Of a DNA stretch of 64,000 nt, positions 26,475 to 38,455 are shown piece by piece. The stretch lies in the NCBI GenBank assembly GCA_002633005.1, contig NMRA01000089.1, positions 124,001-188,000 on the forward strand, written 5' to 3'. Source of the stretch: Phoronis australis. Its lineage: Eukaryota > Animalia > Phoronida. The notes below the pieces were generated by a model that was not told the DNA's origin, searched no databases, and saw only the letters and a list, made by a program, of their open reading frames with translations. The position numbers and the translations under genes are program-made. Position 1 is the stretch's first letter; each line of letters opens with the position of its first letter.

Positions 26475-27982
26475 ATCGGCGTGTCTTTATGAAAAATTAT
26501 TTTACCGAGGTAGGATTTTCAATATCAAAGTATAAAAAGTGTTGTTTTTGTTTGCTAATTCTAATTTCAGTCTTATTTTAACAGTGTATTGAGCGCTGTT
26601 TACGCAAAATGTCTATTACCTACGGATATACGTTTCACAACATGATATCGAGTTACGATTTTACTTCGAAACAAAACTAGGGTAGTGAAATATGGCAGAG
26701 TGAAGCGTCTTCTTCTCTGTGATTATACTGTGCATAGATAAGTATATTTAAGAGGGGGCATGGATAATTAGTGTCCCCCAGAGGCGACAGGGGCCGGATG
26801 GGTGAAATTGGTGGCTACTGACCGGGAGAGGTAAAATTGGCGTGCTGACCGGGAGGAGAAAGTGGGGATGAAATTCTCCTACGCCATATTCGGGCAAAGC
26901 TATATCACGCCCCCCCACCCGAACAGCCAAATCCAGATAAGCCTACTGTGACCGGAACGGTGCTCACAGGTGTTGTTTTCGGTTAAAGATCGATACTTTA
27001 TTCTTATTTTATCTCACTTTGAAGTTGGCCAACCTTTGACTGTGGTATCATTTTAAGGAACAAGGTTCATGACTACAGTTTTATCGATGCATTCCACACA
27101 AGTTGGTGTTTTGTGGATCAAGGCGTCAAATAAAACAAAATAACGATTCACTTTACTTTTTCGGCTCATTCCTGGACCATAACTACAAACGTCCCACCGA
27201 GATATGTATACTGGCGCCCACATTTCTTCGTGCCGGTCATCATTCATTTTCAAAGTCACATTCATTCCCCCAGGCGCTGTGACAGAGGAGGGGTAAACTT
27301 GACCAAGTTTTACGTTTGTGCAGGTAGAACGCTAAGTTTCCGCTGTGACAGATCGAGGATTCCGGCGAAAGTATATGGCCCCCAGTCAAAGGTGGCGCTG
27401 TAACAGAGGGTAGATTTTTCTCCGAACAGTCGTTGAAAACACGGTGAAATGAAACTGAACTTCGCATTTTAACTGAGTAACATATGGAGATCGAAAATGT
27501 CGGTTAAAAAATCTCTGTAACTACACTGCAACCGCACATGCGCGCACTAAGCCCCATGTAAATGTGAAGTTTCCCCCGCATCCTAACTATCTGGCTCTGC
27601 TGCATGCTCCTGCTGCAGTTTAGATTGACCATGTTTGAACCGTTTGCGCAAAACATTGGAACACGTTTATAGTTGAGGTCGAGTTATCTGAGAGAGTAGA
27701 TGTTGACCATTTAAAAACGTGATCAATGTCTAATTAACAAAAAGACACAAAAACAGCTAATCAGGATGTGCCGAAACCGTAATCACAAGGGCTCGTGGTT
27801 AGCCTATAACTGAACCCGAGGTGTATGGACGCGAAACAACAGGGCCGTCCCGGATTACAGAGCGATAACCGAATCTCGATCGCTGTATTTACCCACAATA
27901 CCCGGACACCCGTCAGCCACATTTGCTGCCTCGTTTCCGTGCCACTGGAGTTTCACGTCTTTTTTGGAGTCTGATTCTTTAC

Positions 27983-30336
27983 GAGTTTTTCTCGGTTGCA
28001 TTACTTTATTCGACCTTCCAACTGATATGCTAACGAAGTACCGATATTATTGCTGTGTGTTACAACTCCAACGTGAGAAAGTTTAATAAACTGGACAACT
28101 ATACCCGTGACCGTGTGATCCGAAATTCATCGCCTTCCCGACATCAATGAAAGACACGAAAATGTGCGTGATTTCTAAAACTCAGTAAGCCACGCGCTTT
28201 CGCCTTTTCTCCAGGCCAAAGGAGAATTCTATCAGTCGCCGTGTAATCAGAGACCACACTATTGACGAACAATGTATCTCAGCGTGCCCGCGCCTGGGGT
28301 ACAAAAATTTCATTCAGTTCTATAAACTGTAGGAAAGACAAGATAAAAGAATCATACTTTTATTGTATATTGCAGACAACTCCTGGCATCAAAAATGGTA
28401 TTTCTTATTCACCATTCTTCAAAATTGCAAAACCTGATATCAGGCGTTTGTTTTAACATGAAGTCTTCCAGTTAAAAGACCCGCCGCTGGCCAACTTCGA
28501 ATAACTGATAAGTTCCAATATCTAGATAACAATAAACAATCGTAATTAAGGTGTACTATTTTTGGCTCACCCTGCACCCTGTCGAAACAGCCATACAGGG
28601 TCGTCCTTTTCACGACTAAGCGTTTCCACGTGCCTGGCAATGCACACAACGTAAACGAACACTTAATAGGTGAAAATTAACTGTATTAAATAACATGACA
28701 TTAATTTACTACACATCAGGACTAAAGCTCAAACTGAAGGTGTACCTTAATAAATGTCACTCATCTAACACTGTGCCTACGGAACTAACGTACTAAAGAT
28801 CCTACCGTGCACCTCATTAATGGGAAAGGCAAATTGCCTAAGCATATTTTTCAGAACGAGAGACATTTCCACGGTCACCTTGTCATCAAGAAATGGAAAA
28901 CATTTCAACCATACCATTATCGTCCACCGACTAAAGTAAGCTGTTCAACTTTTAAGTTCAACTGCGGACATGCACTCATCACTGGTTTCTGTTCTCGGAT
29001 TGTCATCAACCGCCATTCATTAATCACAAGCGATAGCCTTGGCCCGTCACCGAATATTCAGTGGCCAAACCCCAGTCCATTGATAACCCTAAAAATCAAA
29101 TCAGTGGCCGAGATCAACGGTGGCCCACAATTTTTGGAGTAGCGACAGCGGCNGAGTTTTTCTCGGTTGCATTACTTTATTCGACCTTCCAACTGATATG
29201 CTAACGAAGTACCGATATTATTGCTGTGTGTTACAACTCCAACGTGAGAAAGTTTAATAAACTGGACAACTATACCCGTGACCGTGTGATCCGAAATTCA
29301 TCGCCTTCCCGACATCAATGAAAGACACGAAAATGTGCGTGATTTCTAAAACTCAGTAAGCCACGCGCTTTCGCCTTTTCTCCAGGCCAAAGGAGAATTC
29401 TATCAGTCGCCGTGTAATCAGAGACCACACTATTGACGAACAATGTATCTCAGCGTGCCCGCGCCTGGGGTACAAAAATTTCATTCAGTTCTATAAACTG
29501 TAGGAAAGACAAGATAAAAGAATCATACTTTTATTGTATATTGCAGACAACTCCTGGCACCAAAAATGGTATTTCTTATTCACCATTCTTCAAAATTGCA
29601 AAACCTGATATCAGGCGTTTGCTTTAACATGAAGTCTTCCAGTTGAAAGACCCGCCGCTGGCCAACTTCGAATTAACTGATAAGTTCAAATATCTAGATA
29701 ACAATAAACAATCGTAATTAAGGTGTATTATTTTTGGCTCACCCTGCACCCTGTTGAAACAGCCATACAGGGCCGTCCTTTTCACGACTAGCGTTTCCAC
29801 GTGCCTGGCAATGCACACAACGTAAACGAACACTTAATAGGTGAAAATAAACTGTATTAAATAACATGACATTAATTTACTACCGAGCTCCAAACACATC
29901 AGGACTAAAGCTCAAACTGAAGGTGTACCTTAATAAATGTCACTCATCTAACACTGTGCCTACTGAACTAACGTACTAAAGATCCTACCCTGCACCTCAT
30001 TAATGGGGAAGGCAAATTGTCTAAGCATACTTTTCAGAACGAGAGACATTTCCACGGTCATCTTGTCATCAAGAAATGGAAAACATTTCAACCATACCAT
30101 TATCGTCCACCGACTAAAGTAAGCTGTTCAACTTTTTAAGTTCAACTGCGGACATGCACTCATCACTGGTTTCTGTTCTCGGATTGTCATCAACCGCCAT
30201 TCATTAATCACAAGCGATAGCCTTGGCCCGTCACTGAATATTCAGTGGCCAAACCCCAGTCCATTGATAACCCTAAAGATCAAATCAGTGGCCGAGATCA
30301 ACGGTGGCCCACAATTTTTGGAGTAGCGACAGCGGC
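27983..30336. repeat. Tandem duplication (~1.17 kb x2) joined by a single N at 29153; probable haplotype overlap
   Basis: 27983-29152 is nearly identical to 29154-30336, with scattered SNPs and a short insertion near 29884. Confidence 0.9.
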
Positions 30337-31108
30337 CGTTCCCATTTCCAAGCTGTAAGAAACTTATAAATAGCAGCAAAAATACCTGATGACAAACCAT
30401 AGCTGAAGTTCTCTTTCTGAACCATCTGAATTAGGGGCCTGTTATTACGAGTAACCTCATTCATATGGCATCCTCATTCTAGGATTACTAATTCCGTCTC
30501 ATCTCACGACAATAGAGCCGAGTCATCGGTGTGTATTTAGAATTCCCTTTCGCGGAGTTTAACTGCATAAGGGCACTACCCAAAGATCTACACGAGTGTC
30601 GACGTTTGCGAAATTTCATCAAAAGGTAATAAACCCTTTCAGAAACTCGAACCACCCCCTGCACAAGATTGGCTACGGGTCTGCGGATTTGAAAAGACTG
30701 CTAGTCGATTTAAACTGAATACATCAATCAGTAATACAGCAAGATCTTTGCTTTGACAATATAGTTTGGTCTACTGCACAAGAGAGTTCTAACTAGCGAG
30801 GTGGTGACAATGTACCTAGACACAGAGAACATACACTCAGCAATTAAAAAATACATAATCATTTTCACTTTTGCCATTGGTAAGTAAGCCCATAAATGTA
30901 TAAAATACAAGATAACACATAGCTATAATTTGTCTTCTATCAACACCTTAGAATCACTTGTAAGACTGAGGCCTATGTCCCCACTGGTGGTTGAGGATAA
31001 CCTATCAGGAGGTGAATGTTGTTTTTAAGTGCAGTGAAGTCGCACAGCTGACACCACCCACAACTGAGACATTCATGATACCCATGCACTTCACACAGCT
31101 TCAAGACT

Positions 31109-31384
31109 TCTTCTTCTTCTTCTCCTTCTTCTTCAGCGTTCCCGGCCATGTAGTTTAGATGGTCACTGACTTTGGTCATTTTTAAAAAGCCCGCAATTCC
31201 CGCAATAACATTTTTGGCCCCAGTTTTACTTTGAGTTCCACCACGGGACTGGGACATGTCTTGCCCCTTAGGGTATCGTAGGGCAGCTGTGCAGTAAATG
31301 CTCAGGTGTCTGGGGGCCAGTGCCAAACGGGCACTCGTCTGTGTGAGAGATTTTCAGGCAATGTATGTGGGAGAGGCGACGGAG
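31109..31384 (-). mobile_element. 5'-truncated non-LTR retrotransposon (I-group-like LINE 3' end) downstream of the neurexin stop
   Basis: Encodes a degenerate ORF2 C-terminal zinc knuckle (LKISHTDECPFGTGPQTPEHLLHSCP), ends in a (GAA)n tail, and has a 7-bp TSD (AGTCTTG on the minus strand, at 31385-31391 and 31102-31108). Confidence 0.8.
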
Positions 31385-31557
31385 CAAGACTATTCCATTG
31401 ATAAATTTGAAGACAAAATTTCAAGTGTTACATTTGCTAGAAACTGACACCGTTGGTAGACATAGACAATATCTAGAAATAGATCATACACCTAAAAGGC
31501 TAATTAAGTTTTCTTGAAGCCTGATATGAAGAACCTGTACAACCCGCTTTTCTCGTG

Positions 31558-32029
31558 TCAGACGTACCACTCTTTAACATCTTTCTTTTGACCTTCTGTG
31601 CCCCTGGCTGGTGACGAGGGCTTTACAATGCTGCCCCCATTGATCACAGAAGATGCTTTACTGCCAGCTTCATACACAGGGTAGTTTTTACTCTCATCCA
31701 CTTTATACGACCCTGCCGACTTTGTCTTAACTTTCCGCACCACCACGATGAGTATAATTATAGCGACAACCAGGGCTACCGAGATGCCAACTATGAGAGC
31801 GATATTTGAGTCAGATAAGACGACACTAGAGGGTGCCTCACTCCCTTTTTTAATTTCAGTCACAGCTGGGCCACCATTAGTGTCATTTGCACGGTCACCC
31901 CCAGTGCCCACATCAACTGCTGGCTTCAAACCACCGGCATCAGTAGAGACTGTTGAATCATATGTTATGTTAGTTATTAAACCATCTCTGGGGGTCACAG
32001 CCAGTGGACCACTGCTTGGAAATTCAGCG
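31558..32029 (-). CDS. Nrxn: Alpha-neurexin terminal exon: juxtamembrane stalk, TM, protein-4.1 motif, PDZ ligand
   Basis: TM IALIVGISVALVVAIIILIVVV, GSYKVDES motif, C-terminal KDVKEWYV*. Acceptor ttttttccag, phase 2. Confidence 0.95.
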
Positions 32030-32256
32030 CTGGAAAAAAATTTTTGGAATGAGAACTTATTTCTAAATTCATTATAAAAACACCAAGGTAGTTAAAGCAG
32101 AACACAACATAAATCCAACACTTAAGATCTTTGGCTGACATCAAAAGCCCAAATATATGCATAGGCCTGCAGTGGTGCCTAACTCCACTGTGTTTTTAGC
32201 TATTCAAGGAAGAATAAAGCAAGTTGGATTCAGTGAGAAATACTGATACTAGAGAG

Positions 32257-32520
32257 CTACACAGAACTTCAAGTGCCACCCAGCCCCAGAGTGTAATACT
32301 GATACCAGACAGCTACATGAAACTTTAAGTGCCAGCCGGCCCAAGAGTGTAGTACTGATACCAGACAGCTGCATGGCACTTTAAGTGCCAGCCAGTCCCA
32401 GAGTGTAATACTCATACCAGAGGCTACACAGAAGTTACCGGTAAGTGTCAGCCAGCCCCAGAGTGTAATACTGATACTAGAATGTTAGGTGGAACTTTAA
32501 GTGCCAGCCAGCTCCAGTGG
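32257..32520. repeat. Intronic minisatellite, ~56-bp unit, with a degenerate continuation to ~32870
   Basis: Unit: gagtgtaatactgataccagacagctac...aactttaagtgccagccagcccca. Confidence 0.85.
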
Positions 32521-32931
32521 ACAATACATACGACAGAGTACATACATCCAATGGGATCGTTTGTGACAGCCACTTCTAATGGGTAACACTAACTGAGCCA
32601 CATCTTCTGAGTTGTGCCAGAATGCCCCACAGATAATGCTACAAGAGCCTCATAAGATTGTTATGTAGTGTCAGAAGTCCCCAGAGATAATGCTTCTAAG
32701 AGCCCCATATGGCACACGTGGATAATATTGTTGACAGATAGCTCCAAGAGTCATTAGAGCCAGAAAGCAGGGTAGAATATACAAATGACAAAGAGCCCCA
32801 TGGGATTGCTAGTGCCAGATGGGCCCTAGTGGATAATACTCACAACAGTCAGTGCCTGATACCCGGGGATTGTTAATGCAAAACATCCCTGCACAAAAAA
32901 TAACTTCAGCCAAAACAAACTTCTCACTCAC

Positions 32932-33098
32932 TGTGTCGGCTCAGTTCTGTGAACAGTGACTGTCACGGTCGGTATCAGCAAATCATCAGAGGTCCTTGAC
33001 ATGTGGTTAGAGCATTGTTCCTCATCATCTTCTTCTGCGCACCCAGAACCAGTGATGTAAATTAACTCATCACTCGTCACCACCTCAGTTGTTGTTGG
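32932..33098 (-). CDS. Nrxn: Neurexin stalk/Cys-loop exon (PTTTEVVTSDELIYITGSGCAEEDDEEQCS...)
   Basis: tcattag| acceptor (phase 0) and CA|GTGAGT donor (phase 2). Contains the acidic Cys-loop preceded by GSG. Confidence 0.9.
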
Positions 33099-34638
33099 CT
33101 AATGATAGACACAGTACAAGACAGCAAATCAGCATCCCTTTCATTACACCATAGCTACATCAAAAACATACTACAACGATGTTGACGAAGATACAATATA
33201 AGTGATATACCGGTAAGTAAAATAAGATATAATAATGATAACACAGAGATATACCCTGACTGTTATAATCATAATAAAATATAATGATGACAAAGATATA
33301 CCCTTAGTGATATGACTATTATAACATATCATTATGATGACAAAGATATATCATTAGTCATACAACTATAATGAGTTACCTGTAAGGATAACAAGGCAGT
33401 CACAGCCAGCAGTATCCTCTACTGCAGGTTCTGTAGGAGCAGTTACATTATATGGATGCAATTAAATCAAGAATGGATCAAAATGGCCAGGAGAAATTTG
33501 GTTGCACAAAGAAGGACACTTCCATGTCAGGATACATGGAAATCCAAATGGGCCAAAATTCAAGGACATAAAATTAAATAATAAAATTCTGTGATATGCA
33601 GTACACTTTGTAAGCACACTTTTTAGAAAGTTTGGTCAAAATTCCTTTAAGTGTACTAAGGAGTAATTGCACACGGAAGAGCATTTCTTTACATGAAAAT
33701 CAAAAACAAGTAAAAAAAAACAAATAGCAAAATGATTATGAGAGGAGAATATGGAATGAGAATATTTTTTGAAAGTTTGGATGAAATCCTTAGCTTTTGA
33801 AATAAAGGAAGAGATGCACACAGAAGCCTACCATACTATGTTTCTGTTGCCAATGGCGTGGGATAAAAGGTGCATATTACTAATCAGGGACATGTATTAT
33901 TCATTATGATTTCTGACTTGTGATAGCTGGTTGAGTTTGAATGAATTTAAAAAATATGGATACTACTACACCAAAATGCTTCTACTAGAAAAACCAGAAA
34001 TGACTTGTTTACACAAAAAGGCAAGTTGCACAAAACCAATAATGACAACTAAAATAGGGTTACAAAATGACCAACAAGAGCAACATCGAGCACTGATATA
34101 CAATATCACTGTTTGTACTGCATACAGCACAAACAATTGGAACTAAAATAGAATACGGTAGGTCAAATCTGTCTGAAATGCGGCAAGTGCCACCATCTGC
34201 CAAATTTCATTAATATCTATTAAGGAACTTTGTACACATTGAGGCATATTCAAGAAAAACCTAAATTGCCACTAGGTGATGCCACAGTAGCCAGACCCAT
34301 AGTGAATGTCTGTCCCGCTCTCCTCAATAGGAACACATGTACTAAACTTCAAACAGAATTGGGAAGGAACTTGGTAGATATTGAAGTAGAAGCAAACAAA
34401 TTTCTTGGACCTTCTCCTTAAAAATGCTTTACTCCAATCTAAATTTCAATAACAAATTACATATTTGGTTAGTTTAATGAAATGAACAAAAAAAAACCAT
34501 TGTTATTCTAAGCATTTTGAATAAAACATATTACCATTACAAATTAAAAACTACAAAGCATATTTTTGGAACTGTAACTCAAAGGTGGGCTGGTACAGCT
34601 AAGTAAAACACACGATGTGAGCGCACTCTATTGGTTAC

Positions 34639-34806
34639 CTCAGAAGATGTAGAGTAAAGTCTGGAAATGTTGGGGTGAGATTGCGTTGGCATAGTAACAG
34701 CAGAAGATGTGGAACTCAACTCTGAGGTGTGGTTAACAAAAGTTTCGTTAGTGAACTGAAGGAAAGAAGAGCTGGTGGAAGAGCGCAGGGCAGTAGAAGA
34801 TGTCGT
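34639..34806 (-). CDS. Nrxn: Candidate neurexin Ser/Thr-rich stalk cassette exon (168 nt)
   Basis: tttgttctcttaaag| acceptor and GAG|GTAACC donor, phase 0-0. Encodes TTSSTALRSSTSSS...YSTSSE. Confidence 0.6.
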
Positions 34807-35880
34807 CTTTAAGAGAACAAAATGAACATAATAACCTGGTAACTGAAGCAAGCAAGCACAAAGATTACAAACAGAAATTACAGGTAAGAAATAACACGTT
34901 ACCAAAATATTCAATCAACTGAAAACAAATAAACAAATAATGATTTCTTCCATTTGGTGAACGAAATGGCAGAAAAAGGTCCTTTTCTACGCAAAAAATA
35001 TTCAACATATTGTAAATGTTTTCTGCTCCTCTCATCAGCAAACACATTCAAACTTATGTTGCATTGGGTTGGTGTGTTTGACGTCATAACGAGAGATGGG
35101 AATCTGATTGGGAAGCCTCTAAGAAATGAAACTGTCACAAGTCCATGATCACTCGTGGATTACCTGGTTTCCTGGTGTAAACAGACTCCCTCTTGTGAAT
35201 CAATCAGAATTTCTGTCCAAGATGGAAACAATCTCAGAGTCTGTTGCATGATTGTTTTGCACGGCATGATCAGTAAAAGCAGATTTATGAATACTACTGA
35301 AAGAAGCTTTCTTATTATCACAAGCAAAATGACTGGCGCTTTCCATGAAGTTCTTATTTCCTTCTGTGGTCACAGATATAACAATCACATTCACCTACAC
35401 TTGTCATGATGTCACAAAAATAACAGCAGTTCAAGAATGTCTGCTGACAAGATAAGCCAAAAACATTCACAGGTTTCTTACTTGAAATTTTGTCAGCGCA
35501 AAAAAGAACCTTTTCTAGTCAAATGAAGAAAGGCATCAATTTCTAAAAGACATTGTAAAACTATAAAGTAATAATAAAATAATAAATCTTACATATATAA
35601 CAAGAAAATGTTCAAAGAGCTTTTGCAAAATCACATAAATGTGTGCGTGAAAAATAAAACCTTTGAAAGTAAATGGAGTTGCCAACCCGACTGGCATGTC
35701 CAATGCGATATATCTCTTTTCAAGTTATTCAATTTGAAGAAGAAAGATGAGGTGATAAGTAAACTCAATATTTTGAATGCGACTTTCACAAAAATGTGCA
35801 AAACCTCTCAAAACTTAATAAATAACATAAAATGTAACACGAAATTCAAATCCTGAGGAAACAGCAAGAAGAACACTTAC

Positions 35881-35889
35881 CTCTTCCAT
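35881..35889 (-). CDS. Nrxn: Candidate neurexin 9-nt microexon (MEE)
   Basis: taattttgcag|ATGGAAGAG|gtaagt. Confidence 0.55.
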
Positions 35890-36663
35890 CTGCAAAATTA
35901 AGGTGAACAGTATAAGGCATATTGGTAATTTTCGGAGTATAGAATTTATAAACAGGCATATTTTTACATTTTAAGTATCTCAGGCATATTTTTATCTTTC
36001 TAATACCCTAGAGACTGGGCAAACCTCCTTAATCAGGGGTTCTAGAAACATAAAATTAGCTAGCTACATCAAAACAGCACGGGGATCAATATGCGAAATT
36101 AGGAAGTTTATTGCATCAATGGAACCGTTATTTATGATAAACATCCATAAAGTAAACAAATGTGCCAAAATAAACAACATTTAAATCTCAACAATTTATG
36201 ACACACAATGGCAAACTAACAAAATTTTCTTTCCTCATTTTCAAAAAATATGAAACACCAAATGACTACTTGATCACGTTCAATTTTGGCACCGTTTTAA
36301 AAAAATGCTACAACCTCAAATATAAAGCTACAGAGTCCATCACTTATCTGTGTTTTCTGCCAATCAGCCACAACCAACAGTTAAGTTCTGGCAATGTTAA
36401 TAAAATATTGGTTGACCAAAAGAATTTCATGAAAATTCGAAATAAACAATTGCAGAAAAAAGCAATAGAACACCTGCTGATGACAGAGTGCAAACGACCC
36501 CAAATAGAAGGTAGTGAGCTTATATTGTAAGTATTAAGGTAATTTTGAAGTAAATTATGATCTTCTGTCAACAACAAACCAAATAGACAAGGATGGATTT
36601 TCTCTTTTACAAAGCTAGAGATCTGTTGTAGTTGTGGTCCAAACTTATTTTAAAAATTCTTAC

Positions 36664-36685
36664 CTGAACATCTGGTGGATATACA
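36664..36685 (-). CDS. Nrxn: Neurexin 22-nt microexon (S-VYPPDVQ), frame-restoring
   Basis: ttgtttttcag|TGTATATCCACCAGATGTTCAG|gtaaga. Phase 2 to 0, as required between the LNS6 exon and the Cys-loop exon. Confidence 0.75.
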
Positions 36686-36943
36686 CTGAAAAACAAATTA
36701 AAGACATTTCAAGAAGGAAATTTGCATTACATTTAATTTATCATTATACTTTTGAATATCTTAAAAATACATCTGTTTTGGAATATCAAAAAACACATGC
36801 TGTACTCAAGGAAAAAAATGATTTCTGTAATTTTTTGTTACATACAGCGCCATCTGTAACAAGAGCAATGCAGAGTATTATTATGCGACACCATCTGCAT
36901 CACAAACAGAAAATATATACTCCTTGTTTCACTTAGTAATCTT

Positions 36944-37775
36944 CACTTTGCCTTAAAGTGAGCTAAACTGCTGAAAAGTATTTTTTCAATACAGTAGCAA
37001 CATAATAAACACGCCTCGTCACTAGATGAACAGAGTTTTGGCGGACGGTGTTTTGGTGGACAGTGTTTTGTTGGAAGGTGTTTTGTTGGACGGTGTTTTG
37101 CTGGACAGTGTTTTTGTGGATGGTGTTTTGGTGGACAGTGTTTTGGTGGACGGTGTTTTGGTGGACGGTGTTTTGGTGGACGGTGTTTTGTTGGATGGTG
37201 TGTGGTGGACGGTGTTTTGGTGGACTGTGTTTTGGTAGACCGTGTTTTGCTGGACGATATTTCNCACTTTGCCTAAAAGTGAGCTAAACTGCTGAAAAGT
37301 CATTTTTCAATACAGTGGCAACATAATGAACATGCCTCATCACTAGATGAACAGAGTTTTGGCGGACGGTGTTTTGGTGGACGGTATTTTGTTGGATGGT
37401 GTGTTGGTGGACGGTGTTTTGGTGGACAGTGTTTTGTTGGAAGGTGTTTTGTTGGACGGTGTTTTGCTGGACAGTGTTTTTGTGGATGGTGTTTTGGTGG
37501 ACAGTGTTTTGGTGGACGGTGTTTTGGTGGACGGTGTTTTGTTGGATGGTGTGTGGTGGACTGTGTGTTTTGGTGGACTGTGTTTTGGTAGACCGTGTTT
37601 TGCTGGACGATGTTTTGGTGGACAGTGTTTTTGTGGACGGTGTTTTGCTGGACGGTGTTTTGGTGGACAGAGTTTTGTTGGAAGGTTTTGTTGGATGGTG
37701 TTTTGCTAGACGGTGTTTTTGTGGACGGTGTTTTGGTGGATGGTGTTTTTGTGGACGTTGTTTTGCTGGACGGTC
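36944..37775. repeat. 15-bp tandem repeat (ggacggtgttttggt)n, partly duplicated across a single N at 37264
   Basis: Array at 37030-37258 and 37355-37775. The flank at 36944 is repeated at 37265. Confidence 0.9.
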
Positions 37776-38241
37776 ATCTTAAATGGTTGGAACTGTATCA
37801 CCTCCAAGTTGAGGATGTCTCACCCCAAATAATGGGCTTAAACACCATAGGATGGGGCTGTCTCACCCCCACAGACTTGGGTATCTCACCTTCAATTCAC
37901 ACAAATAATGTAAAATGTCATACTTTGGTAGCTATTTCAGCAGACACAACAAAAATGTCACTAGGGGGCACAGCTGTAGTCACATTCACTGATAAATTAA
38001 CATCAGTCGCATAATCTTCAATAACAGTGAGCGCAGGACCAGTCCGAGCAGTTGATTGACTGGTGCATATCATCTTCGCCTTCATAGAGACACCAGTCGC
38101 TATTTTAACTTGAGATCTGCTTATGCTAGAAATACTAAAACCAACGTACTGTAGACCTTCAGTAACGAAGGCGTTGGCTACTTCACAATCACTTTTAATA
38201 CATTACAAGCTTTTGATTGTACTTACAAGTACTAACCATAC

Positions 38242-38455
38242 CTGTCAGTGGCCCTCTTCTTTATATCAGTCTTCAAGATGTTGCCATGCACTTTGACTCG
38301 TGGGTCCTTTTGAAACACGAGATCTAGCAGACGAAGTTCATTGAAGACCAGGCCAGCCATTGTGCCACGGAATGGCCGTGATATGTGATCTGTCTTGTTA
38401 AACTTCCCACCGATAAATATTTTGGATTGTTCATTGAAAACACCATGTTGCTTTC
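38242..38455 (-). CDS. Nrxn: Neurexin LNS6 C-terminal exon (KQHGVFNEQSKIFIGG...FRGTMAGLVFN...)
   Basis: tttttctctcag| acceptor (phase 1) and AG|GTATGG donor (phase 2). Homologous to vertebrate RQLTIFNSQATIIIGG...FQGQLSGLYYNG. Confidence 0.95.

Noticed and set aside
30973-31326. 117-aa ORF as an alternative neurexin C-terminus
   Set aside because: It is explained by an off-frame reading of a truncated LINE with TSD and GAA tail.
37026-38014. DGVLV and WTVFW repeat ORFs on the + strand; CRISPR-like periodicity
   Set aside because: This is a simple 15-bp satellite with no unique spacers and no cas genes, in a eukaryotic intron.
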